Source: an uncultured bacterium
Lineage (GTDB): Bacteria; Hydrothermota; Tepidihabitantia; Tepidihabitantales; Tepidihabitantaceae
Direction: 5' to 3'
Assembly (NCBI GenBank): GCA_964626085.1
Contig: CAZVCQ010000002.1
Span: 1-27,755, forward strand
DNA length: 27,755 nucleotides
A model generated the notes under the pieces. It was not told the origin of the DNA and searched no databases. It was given only the letters and a program-made list of their open reading frames with translations. The translations under genes were made by a program, and so were the position numbers. This document shows, piece by piece, positions 1 through 7,995 of the stretch (positions are counted from its first letter, which is position 1; every line of letters starts with the position of its first letter).

Positions 1-2
1 TC

Positions 3-353
3 CGGAACGCGCTGAAGGAGATTGACCGGCGGCGGCAGAAGCAGATTGAGTACAACGCGGCGCACGGCATTGTGCCGCGCTCGATCCAGAAGTCAATCGA
101 CCAGGTGAGGCTGACTACCTCAGTCGCCGATGCAAAGGCGGAGGGAGTGAGTGAGGAAGGGAGTGAGGGAGGAGCCGACGAAGAGGACAAGGTCGCCTTG
201 CTTTCCAGGCTGCAGCGCGAGATGGAGCAGGCCGCGGCGCTGCTCGAGTTCGAGAAGGCGGCGAAGCTGCGCGACCGGCTTCGCCAAGTCCGGCAGCAGA
301 TTGACGACGACGAGTGGAAGGCCGCGCGGAAGAGGAAGTTGAAGAGACGCTAA
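3..353 (+). CDS. uvrB: Excinuclease ABC subunit B, C-terminal part (5'-truncated by the window edge)
   Basis: Frame from nt 3 reads RNALKEIDRRRQKQIEYNAAHGIVPRSIQK, matching the UvrB RRR..Q..YN..HGI.P motif. It is followed by the UVR coiled-coil domain LQREMEQAAALLEFEKAAKLRDRL. Stop TAA at 351-353. Confidence 0.95.
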   Translation, partial: RNALKEIDRRRQKQIEYNAAHGIVPRSIQKSIDQVRLTTSVADAKAEGVSEEGSEGGADEEDKVALLSRLQREMEQAAALLEFEKAAKLRDRLRQVRQQIDDDEWKAARKRKLKRR

Positions 354-767
354 ATGCCAGACGCTTCACGCCAGACGCCAGATCCGGGAACCAGGTACCC
401 GTTCGAGAAGCTGGAAGTGTGGCAGCTCGCGGTCGATCTCGCGGAGGCTGTGTACGCTGTTGCCAGAGACCTGCCCCGAACGGAGTTGTTCGTCCTTGGA
501 GACCAGATACGCAGGGCGTCGGTCTCGGTTGCCCTCAACATCGCCGAGGGACGAGCTGCGGATAGCGAGCCAGATTTCAACCGGTTCCTTGGCATAGCCC
601 TGAAGTCGCTCGTCGAGGTCGAAGCGTGTCTTCGTCTAGGGGTTCGCCTCGGGCTCGTGGATACCGAGCACGCCGATGGCATCTGCGCCGTCGCCGACCC
701 ACTTGAGGCGAAGCTCAGGACATTGCGGGCTCGCCTCAAGAAGACGCGCAGACAGTCGTCTTCCTAG
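354..767 (+). CDS. Four helix bundle protein (23S rRNA IVP / S23-like family)
   Basis: YPFEKLEVWQLAVDLAEAVY...LP..E.F.L.DQIRRASVSVALNIAEG...F.RFL.IA..SL.E is the family signature. The ATG directly abuts the uvrB stop. Confidence 0.9.
   Translation: MPDASRQTPDPGTRYPFEKLEVWQLAVDLAEAVYAVARDLPRTELFVLGDQIRRASVSVALNIAEGRAADSEPDFNRFLGIALKSLVEVEACLRLGVRLGLVDTEHADGICAVADPLEAKLRTLRARLKKTRRQSSS
356..397 (+). repeat. Heptamer tandem array, left flank of the four-helix-bundle gene
   Basis: gccagac gcttcac gccagac gccagat ccgggaa ccaggta. The register may extend back to nt 342. Confidence 0.75.
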
Positions 768-769
768 TC

Positions 770-1411
770 GTGTCACTGCTGGCTGCTGGTGTCCGGCATC
801 AGGCGTCTGGCCTCAGGCGTCGAGCGTCAAGCTTCGCGGCACTCGCCGCCCGGATGCGCCGCTGCCGCAAGTGCGGCCTGCCCAAGGGAGTGAGCGCCGT
901 GTTCGGACGATTCGATTCGCCCCGCTGGATGTTGGTCGGGCAGGCGCCCGGCAAGAAAGAGGTCGTACTGGGCAGGCCGTTCGCCGGTGCTGCCGGCAAG
1001 CGGCTGTTCCAGTGGCTGGCCGAGGCTGGATTCGAGGAACAGCAGTTCCGGTCGTTCTGCTACGTGACTGCGATGATGAAGTGTTTCCCCGGCAGCGGCG
1101 AGCGGGGAGACTTGAAGCCGACGCGGCATCAGGTAGCCAACTGCGTTCCGTGGCTGGAGCAGGAGTTCGCGCTGGTCAGACCAGACGTGCTGATTCCGGT
1201 TGGCCAACTGGCAATCGAGCGGTTCCTGGGAAAGGCCAAGCTTGAGGAACTAGTCGGCCGCCGATTTCGCCGCCGCATCGCCGGACGCGTGGTCACGGTG
1301 ATTTCACTGCCGCATCCGTCCGGTGCCTCAGCCTGGACCAATGCGCTCGGGAACCGGGTGCTGATCCAACGAGCGATACGGTTAGTGCGAGCGGCGGCTA
1401 GCGGCCGGTGA
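770..1411 (+). CDS. Uracil-DNA glycosylase superfamily protein, probably with a 4Fe-4S cluster
   Basis: CxxC (CRKC), LVGQAPG motif A, GRPFAG.AGKRL, KCFP, NC..WLEQE..LVRP, and LPHPS motif B. The start codon is uncertain. Confidence 0.9.
   Translation: MSLLAAGVRHQASGLRRRASSFAALAARMRRCRKCGLPKGVSAVFGRFDSPRWMLVGQAPGKKEVVLGRPFAGAAGKRLFQWLAEAGFEEQQFRSFCYVTAMMKCFPGSGERGDLKPTRHQVANCVPWLEQEFALVRPDVLIPVGQLAIERFLGKAKLEELVGRRFRRRIAGRVVTVISLPHPSGASAWTNALGNRVLIQRAIRLVRAAASGR
779..834 (+). repeat. Heptamer tandem array, right flank, inverted relative to 356-397
   Basis: ctggctg ctggtgt ccggcat caggcgt ctggcct caggcgt cgagcgt caagctt. Segment 786-811 is an imperfect reverse complement of 370-394. Confidence 0.8.
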
Positions 1412-2501
1412 TGCTCTGAATCAGGCCGCGGAGGGGAGAGGGAACTACCATCGCCCGTTCCGGACAGATTTCCACGCAGCAGTAGCAGGTGATGCACTTT
1501 CCCCGCACGATCGCGGGGAACGGGTTCATCTCAATGGCTTGAACCGGACAGTTGTCCGCGCAGCGGCGGCAGCGAGTGCAGAGCTTTCGGTCGCACGCTG
1601 GGCGGCGCTGGATGAGCCGGTAGAACGTTGCACCGGCGATGCCGGTGATGCTCTCCGCCAGCCGGGCTGAAGGCAGGCGGAAGCCCGGAATCACCTCGAA
1701 GTCCCCGACAACCTCGATTTCCTCCGGCCGGGCCGGGCCGAGGTTTCTTTCCGCGGCAATCCGGCTCGTCGGTATCCGGTCCGGCTTCAACCCGGCCATC
1801 ATCGCCATCACCGAATCGAGCGCGACCGGGTTGCGGGAGGCGAGAATCCGGCCGAGCCTGAGCACGCGGCCGCCGCTCGGGCCGTTCTGGCCGTCCATGC
1901 CACGCAGTGCGTCCATCACGTTGAAGACCGGTACCGGCAGGGCTTGGTAGATGTCGACCAGCAACTCGGCGAACTCCTCTCCGTTTCTGACCAGTGTGTG
2001 GAGGTGAGCTTTCTGAAGACCGGGGATGACACCGAACAGGTTCTTCACCGCGCCGGTGAGGATGGTCAGGGCGTGGGTCTTGAAGACCGGCAGGTTCAGG
2101 ATGATGTCGGTTTCAACTGCTACAGAGGAGATCGGCAGGTGTTGCGCGAAGCGGGACTTCAGCGGCAGTACCGTTGAGTGCTCGGCGACGTCGAGGAAAC
2201 AACCCTCGCTGGCCTCGACTACGCCGGTCGGCGCGAGATAGTCGGCGAGGCGTTGTGCGTGCCTGCCGGCCGGATTGTCTGCGACCCAGACTGCCGCGGT
2301 CCCGCGGCGCTTCAGCTCGCGGACGACGGTGCGGACCAGTTCGGGGTCGGTCGTCACGCCGGCTTCAGGTAGGTGAGGGCCGAGCAGGTTGGGTTTGACC
2401 CAGACTTTCTTGCCCCTGGAGTCGTACTCGAGGAAGTCGAGAGCCTCGGCAACGGCGGCACCAAGGTCGACGACCTTGCGGACGAGGACGCGCTCCGTCA
2501 A
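1398..2501 (-). CDS. DUF362 domain protein with C-terminal 2x[4Fe-4S] ferredoxin domain
   Basis: V.VKPNL, VTTDP, NLPVFKTH.LT.LTGAVKNLFG and N.VALD are DUF362 motifs. C-terminal CTRCRRCADNCP and CITCYCCVEICP. TTG start. Confidence 0.9.
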   Translation of the reverse strand: MTERVLVRKVVDLGAAVAEALDFLEYDSRGKKVWVKPNLLGPHLPEAGVTTDPELVRTVVRELKRRGTAAVWVADNPAGRHAQRLADYLAPTGVVEASEGCFLDVAEHSTVLPLKSRFAQHLPISSVAVETDIILNLPVFKTHALTILTGAVKNLFGVIPGLQKAHLHTLVRNGEEFAELLVDIYQALPVPVFNVMDALRGMDGQNGPSGGRVLRLGRILASRNPVALDSVMAMMAGLKPDRIPTSRIAAERNLGPARPEEIEVVGDFEVIPGFRLPSARLAESITGIAGATFYRLIQRRPACDRKLCTRCRRCADNCPVQAIEMNPFPAIVRGKCITCYCCVEICPERAMVVPSPLRGLIQSITGR

Positions 2502-2512
2502 GGCCTATTCAG

Positions 2513-2539
2513 GTCGGACTGGTCTGACGTGTCTGACTC
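2513..2539. repeat. 9-bp tandem repeat (3 units) between genes
   Basis: gtcggactg gtctgacgt gtctgactc. Confidence 0.6.
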
Positions 2540-2549
2540 GGGCAGGCTG

Positions 2550-2735
2550 CTACAGCTTGCCGGGCAGGATGTAGAGGACGTTGGCGAGCGAAACCGCGAA
2601 CTCGGCCGGCTTTGACCTGTCCTCGGGAATCGGGGTCCCGTCGAGTTTGCAGTCCATGGCTTTCACGACGCCATCCTTGATTGTGTAGCCGGTACAGGTC
2701 ACCGTGCCGCCGGACTTCATGAAGATGACAGGCAT
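2550..2735 (-). CDS. Small hypothetical protein (61 aa, predicted beta-rich)
   Basis: Strong RBS AAGGAG a few nt upstream of the ATG, normal amino-acid composition, and it fills the gap between co-directional genes. Confidence 0.7.
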   Translation of the reverse strand: MPVIFMKSGGTVTCTGYTIKDGVVKAMDCKLDGTPIPEDRSKPAEFAVSLANVLYILPGKL

Positions 2736-2758
2736 TGTGCTCCTTTCATCGAATGACA

Positions 2759-2836
2759 GTCACCCCGAGCGAGTCGGACGAGTCGAGGGGTCTCTCAGAA
2801 GAAATTTCTCGACTCCCTGCGGTCGCTCGAAATGAC
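2759..2836. repeat. REP-like palindromic element (GTCA..CGAGCGA / TCGCTCG..TGAC type)
   Basis: Outer arms gtcaccccgagcga / tcgctcgaaatgac and inner arms gagtcgagggg / tttctcgactc. Intergenic position. Confidence 0.75.
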
Positions 2837-2855
2837 AACTGGTGGAGGTGTACAT

Positions 2856-4052
2856 CTACTCGGGTATGGGCAACGTGCAGCGCAGGGGTTTGTCGGTGCG
2901 CAGGCCGAGCGCGTAGTCAGCCTGCAGGAGCTTGTGTATCTCGCGCGACCCTTCGTATATCTGCGCGCCCTTGGCGTTGCGGTAGAACCGTTCGACGTTG
3001 TACTCGCTGGAGAAGCCATAGGCGCCGTGAATCTGGACCGCGTTCGACGCTGCCTTCTCGGCCGCCGCACAGCCGTAGAGCTTGGCGAGTGACGTCTCAC
3101 GGGTGTTGCGTTTGCCTTCGTTCTTGAGCCAACCCGCTTTGAGCCAGAGCAAACGGCAGGCTTCGTAGTCGCAGGCCATCTCGGCGATCATCTCTTTGAT
3201 CAGTTGGTGCTCGGCGATGGGCTTGCCGAAGGCCGTGCGCGCCTGGGCATAATCAACCGAGGCATCGAGGCAGGCGCGGATGAGCCCGGTTGAGCCGGCC
3301 GCCACTGTGTAGCGCCCCTGGTCCAGCGCGAACATGGCGATCTTGAAGCCTTCGCCTTCGAACCCAAGCCGGCAGGCCTCGGGCACCCGCACCTCGTCGA
3401 AGGCAATCGAGCCGGTGTTGCCGGCGCGGACACCCAGCTTGCCGTGGATCGTCGCAGTCGTCAGTCCCTTCATCCCGCGCTCGAGGAGAAACACCGATAG
3501 GCCGGAGTGGTCACGCGCCTTCTTCTTCTCAGTGTCGGTCCAGGCGATGACCGCAAAGTGGTCGGCGACATCGGCCAGCGAGATCCACATCTTCTCGCCG
3601 GTGAGTATGTAGTCGTTCCCGTCCCTGCGGGCGTGGCTCTGGATGCCAGCCACGTCGCTGCCGGCCGTGGGCTCAGTTATCGCGAACGTGGCGACTTTGT
3701 CACCCTTTGCCTGCGGCACCAGCCAGCGCTGCTTCTGTTCTTCAGTTCCCCACGTCTGCAGGGTGAGGTTGTTGAGGCCGACGTGCACGGACAGGATGAC
3801 GCGGAGCGAAGTATCGACGTACTCCAGTTCTTCGCAGGCGAGGCCGAGAGCGACGTAGTCGTTGCCGGTGCCACCGTAGCGCTGCGGAATCGAAAGGCCG
3901 AGGAGGCCGGCCGCGGCCATCTTCTTCAGGAAGTCACGGTTGAAGCATGAAGTCTCGTCGCATTCCTTGATGGTCGCTGCAGCCTCGCGATTGGCGAACT
4001 CGCGGGCGAGGTTGCGGACGAGGATCTGGTCCTCGTCTAGGGAGAAGTCCAC
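2856..4052 (-). CDS. Acyl-CoA dehydrogenase
   Basis: FAITEPTAGSD, LTGEKMWIS, GKLG.RA..TG.I.FD, GEGFKIAM..LD.GR, R.AFGKPI, QIHGAYG, YR.AK..QIYEG. The start was moved to GTG 4052 (VDFSL), just after the purB stop; the ORF track start at 4112 overlaps purB. Confidence 0.93.
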   Translation of the reverse strand: MDFSLDEDQILVRNLAREFANREAAATIKECDETSCFNRDFLKKMAAAGLLGLSIPQRYGGTGNDYVALGLACEELEYVDTSLRVILSVHVGLNNLTLQTWGTEEQKQRWLVPQAKGDKVATFAITEPTAGSDVAGIQSHARRDGNDYILTGEKMWISLADVADHFAVIAWTDTEKKKARDHSGLSVFLLERGMKGLTTATIHGKLGVRAGNTGSIAFDEVRVPEACRLGFEGEGFKIAMFALDQGRYTVAAGSTGLIRACLDASVDYAQARTAFGKPIAEHQLIKEMIAEMACDYEACRLLWLKAGWLKNEGKRNTRETSLAKLYGCAAAEKAASNAVQIHGAYGFSSEYNVERFYRNAKGAQIYEGSREIHKLLQADYALGLRTDKPLRCTLPIPE

Positions 4053-4056
4053 GGCC

Positions 4057-5370
4057 TCAGGCTTTGGATTTCCTGGCAGAGGAAAGGCCAACGCGGCGGT
4101 ACACTGCGTCAACGTTGCGCAGGAGGCGCTTCAGGTCGAACGCCCGGCCGAACGCGCGGCGGTCGAGCATCCCGTTGACTTCGGGGTTGCTGCGGCAGAC
4201 CGCGGGTAGGGATGCTCCGCCGGCCTGGCAGGCAAAGGCAAGTTCCTGGACCAGCTTGTAGGCGCGGTCCTTGTCCATCCCGGCGCGGACGAGTTCAAGC
4301 ATCACCGCCTGCGAGAAGAACGTCTGGCCCGAGGACTCGAGGTTCAGGAGCATCCGGTCCGGCCGCACAACCAGCCCGGCGAGCACCCCGGTCAGCTTGC
4401 GAATCATGTAGTGGGTGACGGTGAATGCTTCGGGGATGATGACGCGTTCGTTGGCTGAGTTGGACAGGTCGCGCTCGTGCCAGAGACAGACGTTCTCCAG
4501 CGCGACCTGGGCGTAGGCACGGACCAGCCGGGCAAGGCTGGTGACGCGTTCGCAGATTATCGGGTTCTTCTTGTGAGGCATGGCCGACGAGCCGCGCTGG
4601 CCCTTCGCAAACGGCTCGGCCAGTTCACCGATTTCCGTCCGTTGGAGGTTGCGGATTTCGGTTGCGATTCGCTCAAGCCCGGTGGCAACCAGGGCCAGCG
4701 TGTCGAGCATGGCGGCGTGGCGGTCACGCGGGATTACCTGGGTGGAGACTGGCTCGGGCTTGAGGTTCAGGCGGTTGAGCACCTTCGCCTCGATGTTTGG
4801 CCCCAGTTGGGTGTAGCCGCCGACGACGCCTGATATCTTGCCATATCGCATCTCATCGGCGGCCGCGCCAAGGCGCCGGATGTTGCGTTTGGTCTCCTCG
4901 AACCACGACAGGCACTTGAGGCCGAAGGTTATCGGTTCGGCATGGACCCCGTGGGTTCGACCCATCATCGGTGTGCGTTTGTGCTCAAGCGCCAGGCGCG
5001 CGGTCTCGAGGCGCAGGTCCCCGAGTGCGGCCTGGACTATCTCAAGGGCGGAGATGCAGCGCAGCGAGAGCGCGGTGTCGACAACGTCATAGGACGTGAG
5101 CCCGTAGTGGACGTACTTGCCCGCTCGGCCGACGGACTGCGCCACACTGCGGGTGAAAGCGATAACGTCGTGATTGGTGATCTTCTCGAACTCGTCAATC
5201 TCCCTGATCTTGAACGTTGCGCGCTGGATGGCGCGGGCCGCAGGCTTCGGTATGATGCCGAGTTCGGCCTGCACCAAGGCGACGGTCTTCTCGACCAGCA
5301 GCCACGAACGGAACTTCGCCTCTTCGTTCCAGAGCGCGGCCATTTCCGGTGTATCGTAGCGTGTTGTCAT
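4057..5370 (-). CDS. purB: Adenylosuccinate lyase
   Basis: TNHDVIAF, VHYGLTSYDVVDT, GRTHGVHAEP, SSAMPHKKNP signature, LWHERDLSNS..ER. Confidence 0.97.
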   Translation of the reverse strand: MTTRYDTPEMAALWNEEAKFRSWLLVEKTVALVQAELGIIPKPAARAIQRATFKIREIDEFEKITNHDVIAFTRSVAQSVGRAGKYVHYGLTSYDVVDTALSLRCISALEIVQAALGDLRLETARLALEHKRTPMMGRTHGVHAEPITFGLKCLSWFEETKRNIRRLGAAADEMRYGKISGVVGGYTQLGPNIEAKVLNRLNLKPEPVSTQVIPRDRHAAMLDTLALVATGLERIATEIRNLQRTEIGELAEPFAKGQRGSSAMPHKKNPIICERVTSLARLVRAYAQVALENVCLWHERDLSNSANERVIIPEAFTVTHYMIRKLTGVLAGLVVRPDRMLLNLESSGQTFFSQAVMLELVRAGMDKDRAYKLVQELAFACQAGGASLPAVCRSNPEVNGMLDRRAFGRAFDLKRLLRNVDAVYRRVGLSSARKSKA

Positions 5371-6518
5371 TTTAGCCTGTAGAGCAGTCTGATTTGCTCC
5401 CCTCCGCGGTCAATCACGATGTCGATGGTCCCGGCAAGGCGTGCGTAGAGCCGGGCGAACGCCGGCGCCGAGTTAACCGTCTTGCCCTGCGCCATGCGAA
5501 TTACGTCCCCGGGGGCCATGCCGATGGTTTCGCCGATGCCCCCGGCCTTGACATCGACCACGACCACGCCCCGGCGATAGCCGAGGGCGAAGCTGCTCCG
5601 GAGTAACGGATTGATGTCGGCGACGGATACATCGAGGCCAGTCTCGACCCGTTCGTAGCTCGTGGCGGAGGCAGCGCCGCGCGACTCTTTGACGAACTGC
5701 TTGACGTCGTTGATAGGCCGGGCAAAGCCGATGCCCTCAGAGCCGCCGGAGTGGCTGAAGATGAAGGTGTTGATGCCGATGACTTCGCCGGCGGCGCTTA
5801 CCAATGCGCCGCCCGAGTTGCCCGGGTTGATGGCTGCGTCGGTTTGGATCATGTCGGCATAGACCTGGCCGCCGCCGCTCGACTTGATGTCACGGTGCAG
5901 GGCCGAGACTACACCGACAGTGACGGTTGGCTGCGCGTCCTCAAGCATGAACCCGAACGGGTTGCCGATGGCGATCGACCACTCGCCGATCATCAGGTCT
6001 TCGGAATTGCCGAGCGGAGCGGCCGGGAGGTTCTTGTCGTTGATCCTAAGCAGGGCCAGGTCCCGGGTTTCGTCAAGTCCTTCGATCTCGGCGGCGAACT
6101 CGCGGTTGTCCGGCAGGGTGACCTTGATCTGGGTGGCGTTGAGCACGACATGGGCGTTGGTCACGACGTCGCCGTCCGCAGAAATGATGACGCCCGAGCC
6201 CATCGACTTGACTTCCTGGCGATAGGCACGGCGCGGGAAGAAATCGCGGAAGAACTCATCAAACCCGAGCCCGCCGAAAGGGTCGTACGTAACGACGCGG
6301 GTCTGGGTGACGACGACCGACACGACGGCCGGGCTGACCTTGCGGGCAGCAAGGACGATGGCGTTGGTGCGGGAGGTCGATATGTCGTCGCCGATGGACG
6401 CCGGCACGATTGTCCCAACGATCGGGCGGCGGGGGTGTGCGGCCCAGCTGGTCCACAGCGACACGGCCAGCGCCGACGCCAACCCCACAATCATCAGATA
6501 GGGGAAAAGCCTCTTCAT
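5367..6518 (-). CDS. HtrA/DegP-family serine protease with PDZ domain
   Basis: GSGVII, VTNAHVV, DLALL, IQTDAAINPGNSGG, then a C-terminal PDZ domain and an N-terminal TM anchor. The start is placed at ATG 6518 (MKRLFPY), just downstream of a sigma70-type promoter. The stop overlaps the purB ATG. Confidence 0.93.
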   Translation of the reverse strand: MKRLFPYLMIVGLASALAVSLWTSWAAHPRRPIVGTIVPASIGDDISTSRTNAIVLAARKVSPAVVSVVVTQTRVVTYDPFGGLGFDEFFRDFFPRRAYRQEVKSMGSGVIISADGDVVTNAHVVLNATQIKVTLPDNREFAAEIEGLDETRDLALLRINDKNLPAAPLGNSEDLMIGEWSIAIGNPFGFMLEDAQPTVTVGVVSALHRDIKSSGGGQVYADMIQTDAAINPGNSGGALVSAAGEVIGINTFIFSHSGGSEGIGFARPINDVKQFVKESRGAASATSYERVETGLDVSVADINPLLRSSFALGYRRGVVVVDVKAGGIGETIGMAPGDVIRMAQGKTVNSAPAFARLYARLAGTIDIVIDRGGEQIRLLYRLK

Positions 6519-6528
6519 TGCCGGAGCC

Positions 6529-6557
6529 AGTGTAGCAGCCTGATAGAGGGGCGTCAA
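6529..6557 (-). promoter_or_regulatory. Sigma70-type promoter for the htrA-purB-acyl-CoA dehydrogenase operon
   Basis: TTGACG-17 bp-TACACT on the minus strand; the ATG is about 10 nt beyond the -10 element. Confidence 0.65.
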
Positions 6558-6745
6558 TGTCGGTTGCGGCCGTTGTTCCCCGGCCTGACTTCCCGGCCGG
6601 TGCGGCGGTTCTATCTTCTTGATGATCGAAGACTGCCGGCTCAGGGACCGGATGCTCAGCCGGCGCAGGCTGCCCAGGCTCCCGTCAAACCGCATCTTCG
6701 GGTCCTGGAAGGTCCTGCAGCCGTCGGTCAATCCCGGTTCACGGC

Positions 6746-6774
6746 TTGACAGCGGGCGTCGATTGACCTATTCT
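6746..6774 (+). promoter_or_regulatory. Sigma70-type promoter, predicted leaderless
   Basis: TTGACA-17 bp-TATTCT; ATG at 6783 with no SD sequence. Confidence 0.7.
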
Positions 6775-6782
6775 GACCGCGG

Positions 6783-7478
6783 ATGAGAATCATCCTTCTG
6801 GTCCTTGTGGCCTGCCTGCCCGTGTCCGCCATCCTGTACAACATCGACCAGCCGGTACCCATTTCTCTCGCCCACGCCGAGTACTACGTCAGCGCCCGTC
6901 TCTGGGGCGGCGGCGGGGTATTGATGCGGTTCGGGCTCGGCCTGTTCGACCGGGTCACGCTCGGGATGTCATACGGCGGCAACTACATCATCGGCAGTGC
7001 GTCGCCGCAGTTCTACGGCCGCCACCGGCCCGACTTCCAGGCGCGGCTCGCAATCCTGCAGGAGCAGGGTTACATGCCCAACCTCGTGCTCGGGTTCGAG
7101 AACCAGGGGTACGACGACTACGTTCCGGGAAACGATGCCTACGAGGTGAAGGAGAAGGGTGGCTATCTCTGTGTCGGCAAGACCTTGGACGTAATCCGAA
7201 CTCACTGCCAGTTTGGCATCAACTACTGGGATGGACTCGACGGGTTCGTTGCGTTCAACGCGCTGCTGCCCGGCAATGTCGAGCTGATTGCCGAATACGA
7301 CCCGGCGCTGAACGACCGCAGGGAGGAGCAGAAGAACCCCGGCTTCCTCAACTTCGGCATCGGCTGGACGTTTGCCGACCGGGTCCGGATGGTGCTGGGC
7401 CTGCGCGACGTGCTCGGAAACAGGCCCGATGCAAAGCTCAATCGTACCCTCGATATCTCCCTGAACGACCGCTTCTAG
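6783..7478 (+). CDS. Putative outer-membrane beta-barrel protein (YjbH-like)
   Basis: Signal peptide, alternating amphipathic aromatic strands, and a C-terminal Phe. The family assignment is tentative. Confidence 0.7.
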   Translation: MRIILLVLVACLPVSAILYNIDQPVPISLAHAEYYVSARLWGGGGVLMRFGLGLFDRVTLGMSYGGNYIIGSASPQFYGRHRPDFQARLAILQEQGYMPNLVLGFENQGYDDYVPGNDAYEVKEKGGYLCVGKTLDVIRTHCQFGINYWDGLDGFVAFNALLPGNVELIAEYDPALNDRREEQKNPGFLNFGIGWTFADRVRMVLGLRDVLGNRPDAKLNRTLDISLNDRF

Positions 7479-7523
7479 GTTCACAGCACAACCGTATCTG
7501 GAGCGGGTGGCGACAGCGGTGCG

Positions 7524-7883
7524 CTATCGGGCGGGGACGGCCCGATAGACGCGGTCAAAGACGGCAACGACCAGCGAGTCGTAGCCGGTGAGGTCAACCC
7601 GGCGGCGGACTACCGTCTCGGCCGAATCCGCCTGTGCGGCAACCGAGGTTGAATCGGCCCGGCCCGGTTGAATCGTGACCACGAGATTGCGGACGCCCGG
7701 ATTCGGGGTAGAGAACTGGATGCGGAAGCGGCTGTCCGGGAACATCTGTGACAGGGTCTCGCGCGCCTGCTCGGCCTCGACCAGTCGTTGGTTGATGCGG
7801 GCGCCGGGCAGGCTCCGGAGCGAGACCATGACGAGCGCGCCGACGAGCAGGGCGAAGATGATGACCCAGACGAGGCGAGTCAC
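7524..7883 (-). CDS. Hypothetical membrane-anchored protein
   Basis: N-terminal hydrophobic helix LVWVIIFALLVGALVMVSL. The start was moved to GTG 7883 because the -10 element lies inside the longer ORF. Confidence 0.7.
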   Translation of the reverse strand: MTRLVWVIIFALLVGALVMVSLRSLPGARINQRLVEAEQARETLSQMFPDSRFRIQFSTPNPGVRNLVVTIQPGRADSTSVAAQADSAETVVRRRVDLTGYDSLVVAVFDRVYRAVPAR

Positions 7884-7890
7884 AACACCA

Positions 7891-7918
7891 ATAATAGGGC
7901 CCACAGCCGTTTGGTCAA
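7891..7918 (-). promoter_or_regulatory. Sigma70-type promoter, predicted leaderless
   Basis: TTGACC-16 bp-TATTAT on the minus strand, 7 nt before GTG 7883. Confidence 0.6.
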
Positions 7919-7931
7919 GTGTCCGGCCCGC

Positions 7932-7960
7932 TTGACACTGCGCGGCAGCGTTGTTACCCT
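7932..7960 (+). promoter_or_regulatory. Sigma70-type promoter, divergent from the one at 7891-7918
   Basis: TTGACA-17 bp-TACCCT, with GGAGA RBS before ATG 7996. Confidence 0.55.
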
Positions 7961-7995
7961 AGCAACGGAGTGCTCTAACCGAAACGGAGACATCG

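Noticed and set aside
354-767. Diversity-generating retroelement, since the four-helix bundle resembles Avd
   Set aside because: There is no reverse transcriptase and no TR/VR pair with adenine-specific mismatches. The only near-identical pair (87 bp) differs by C/T and G/T.
6519-6731. 71-aa N-terminal extension of the HtrA ORF
   Set aside because: It contains the gene's own -35/-10 elements, and the signal anchor begins at Met 6518.
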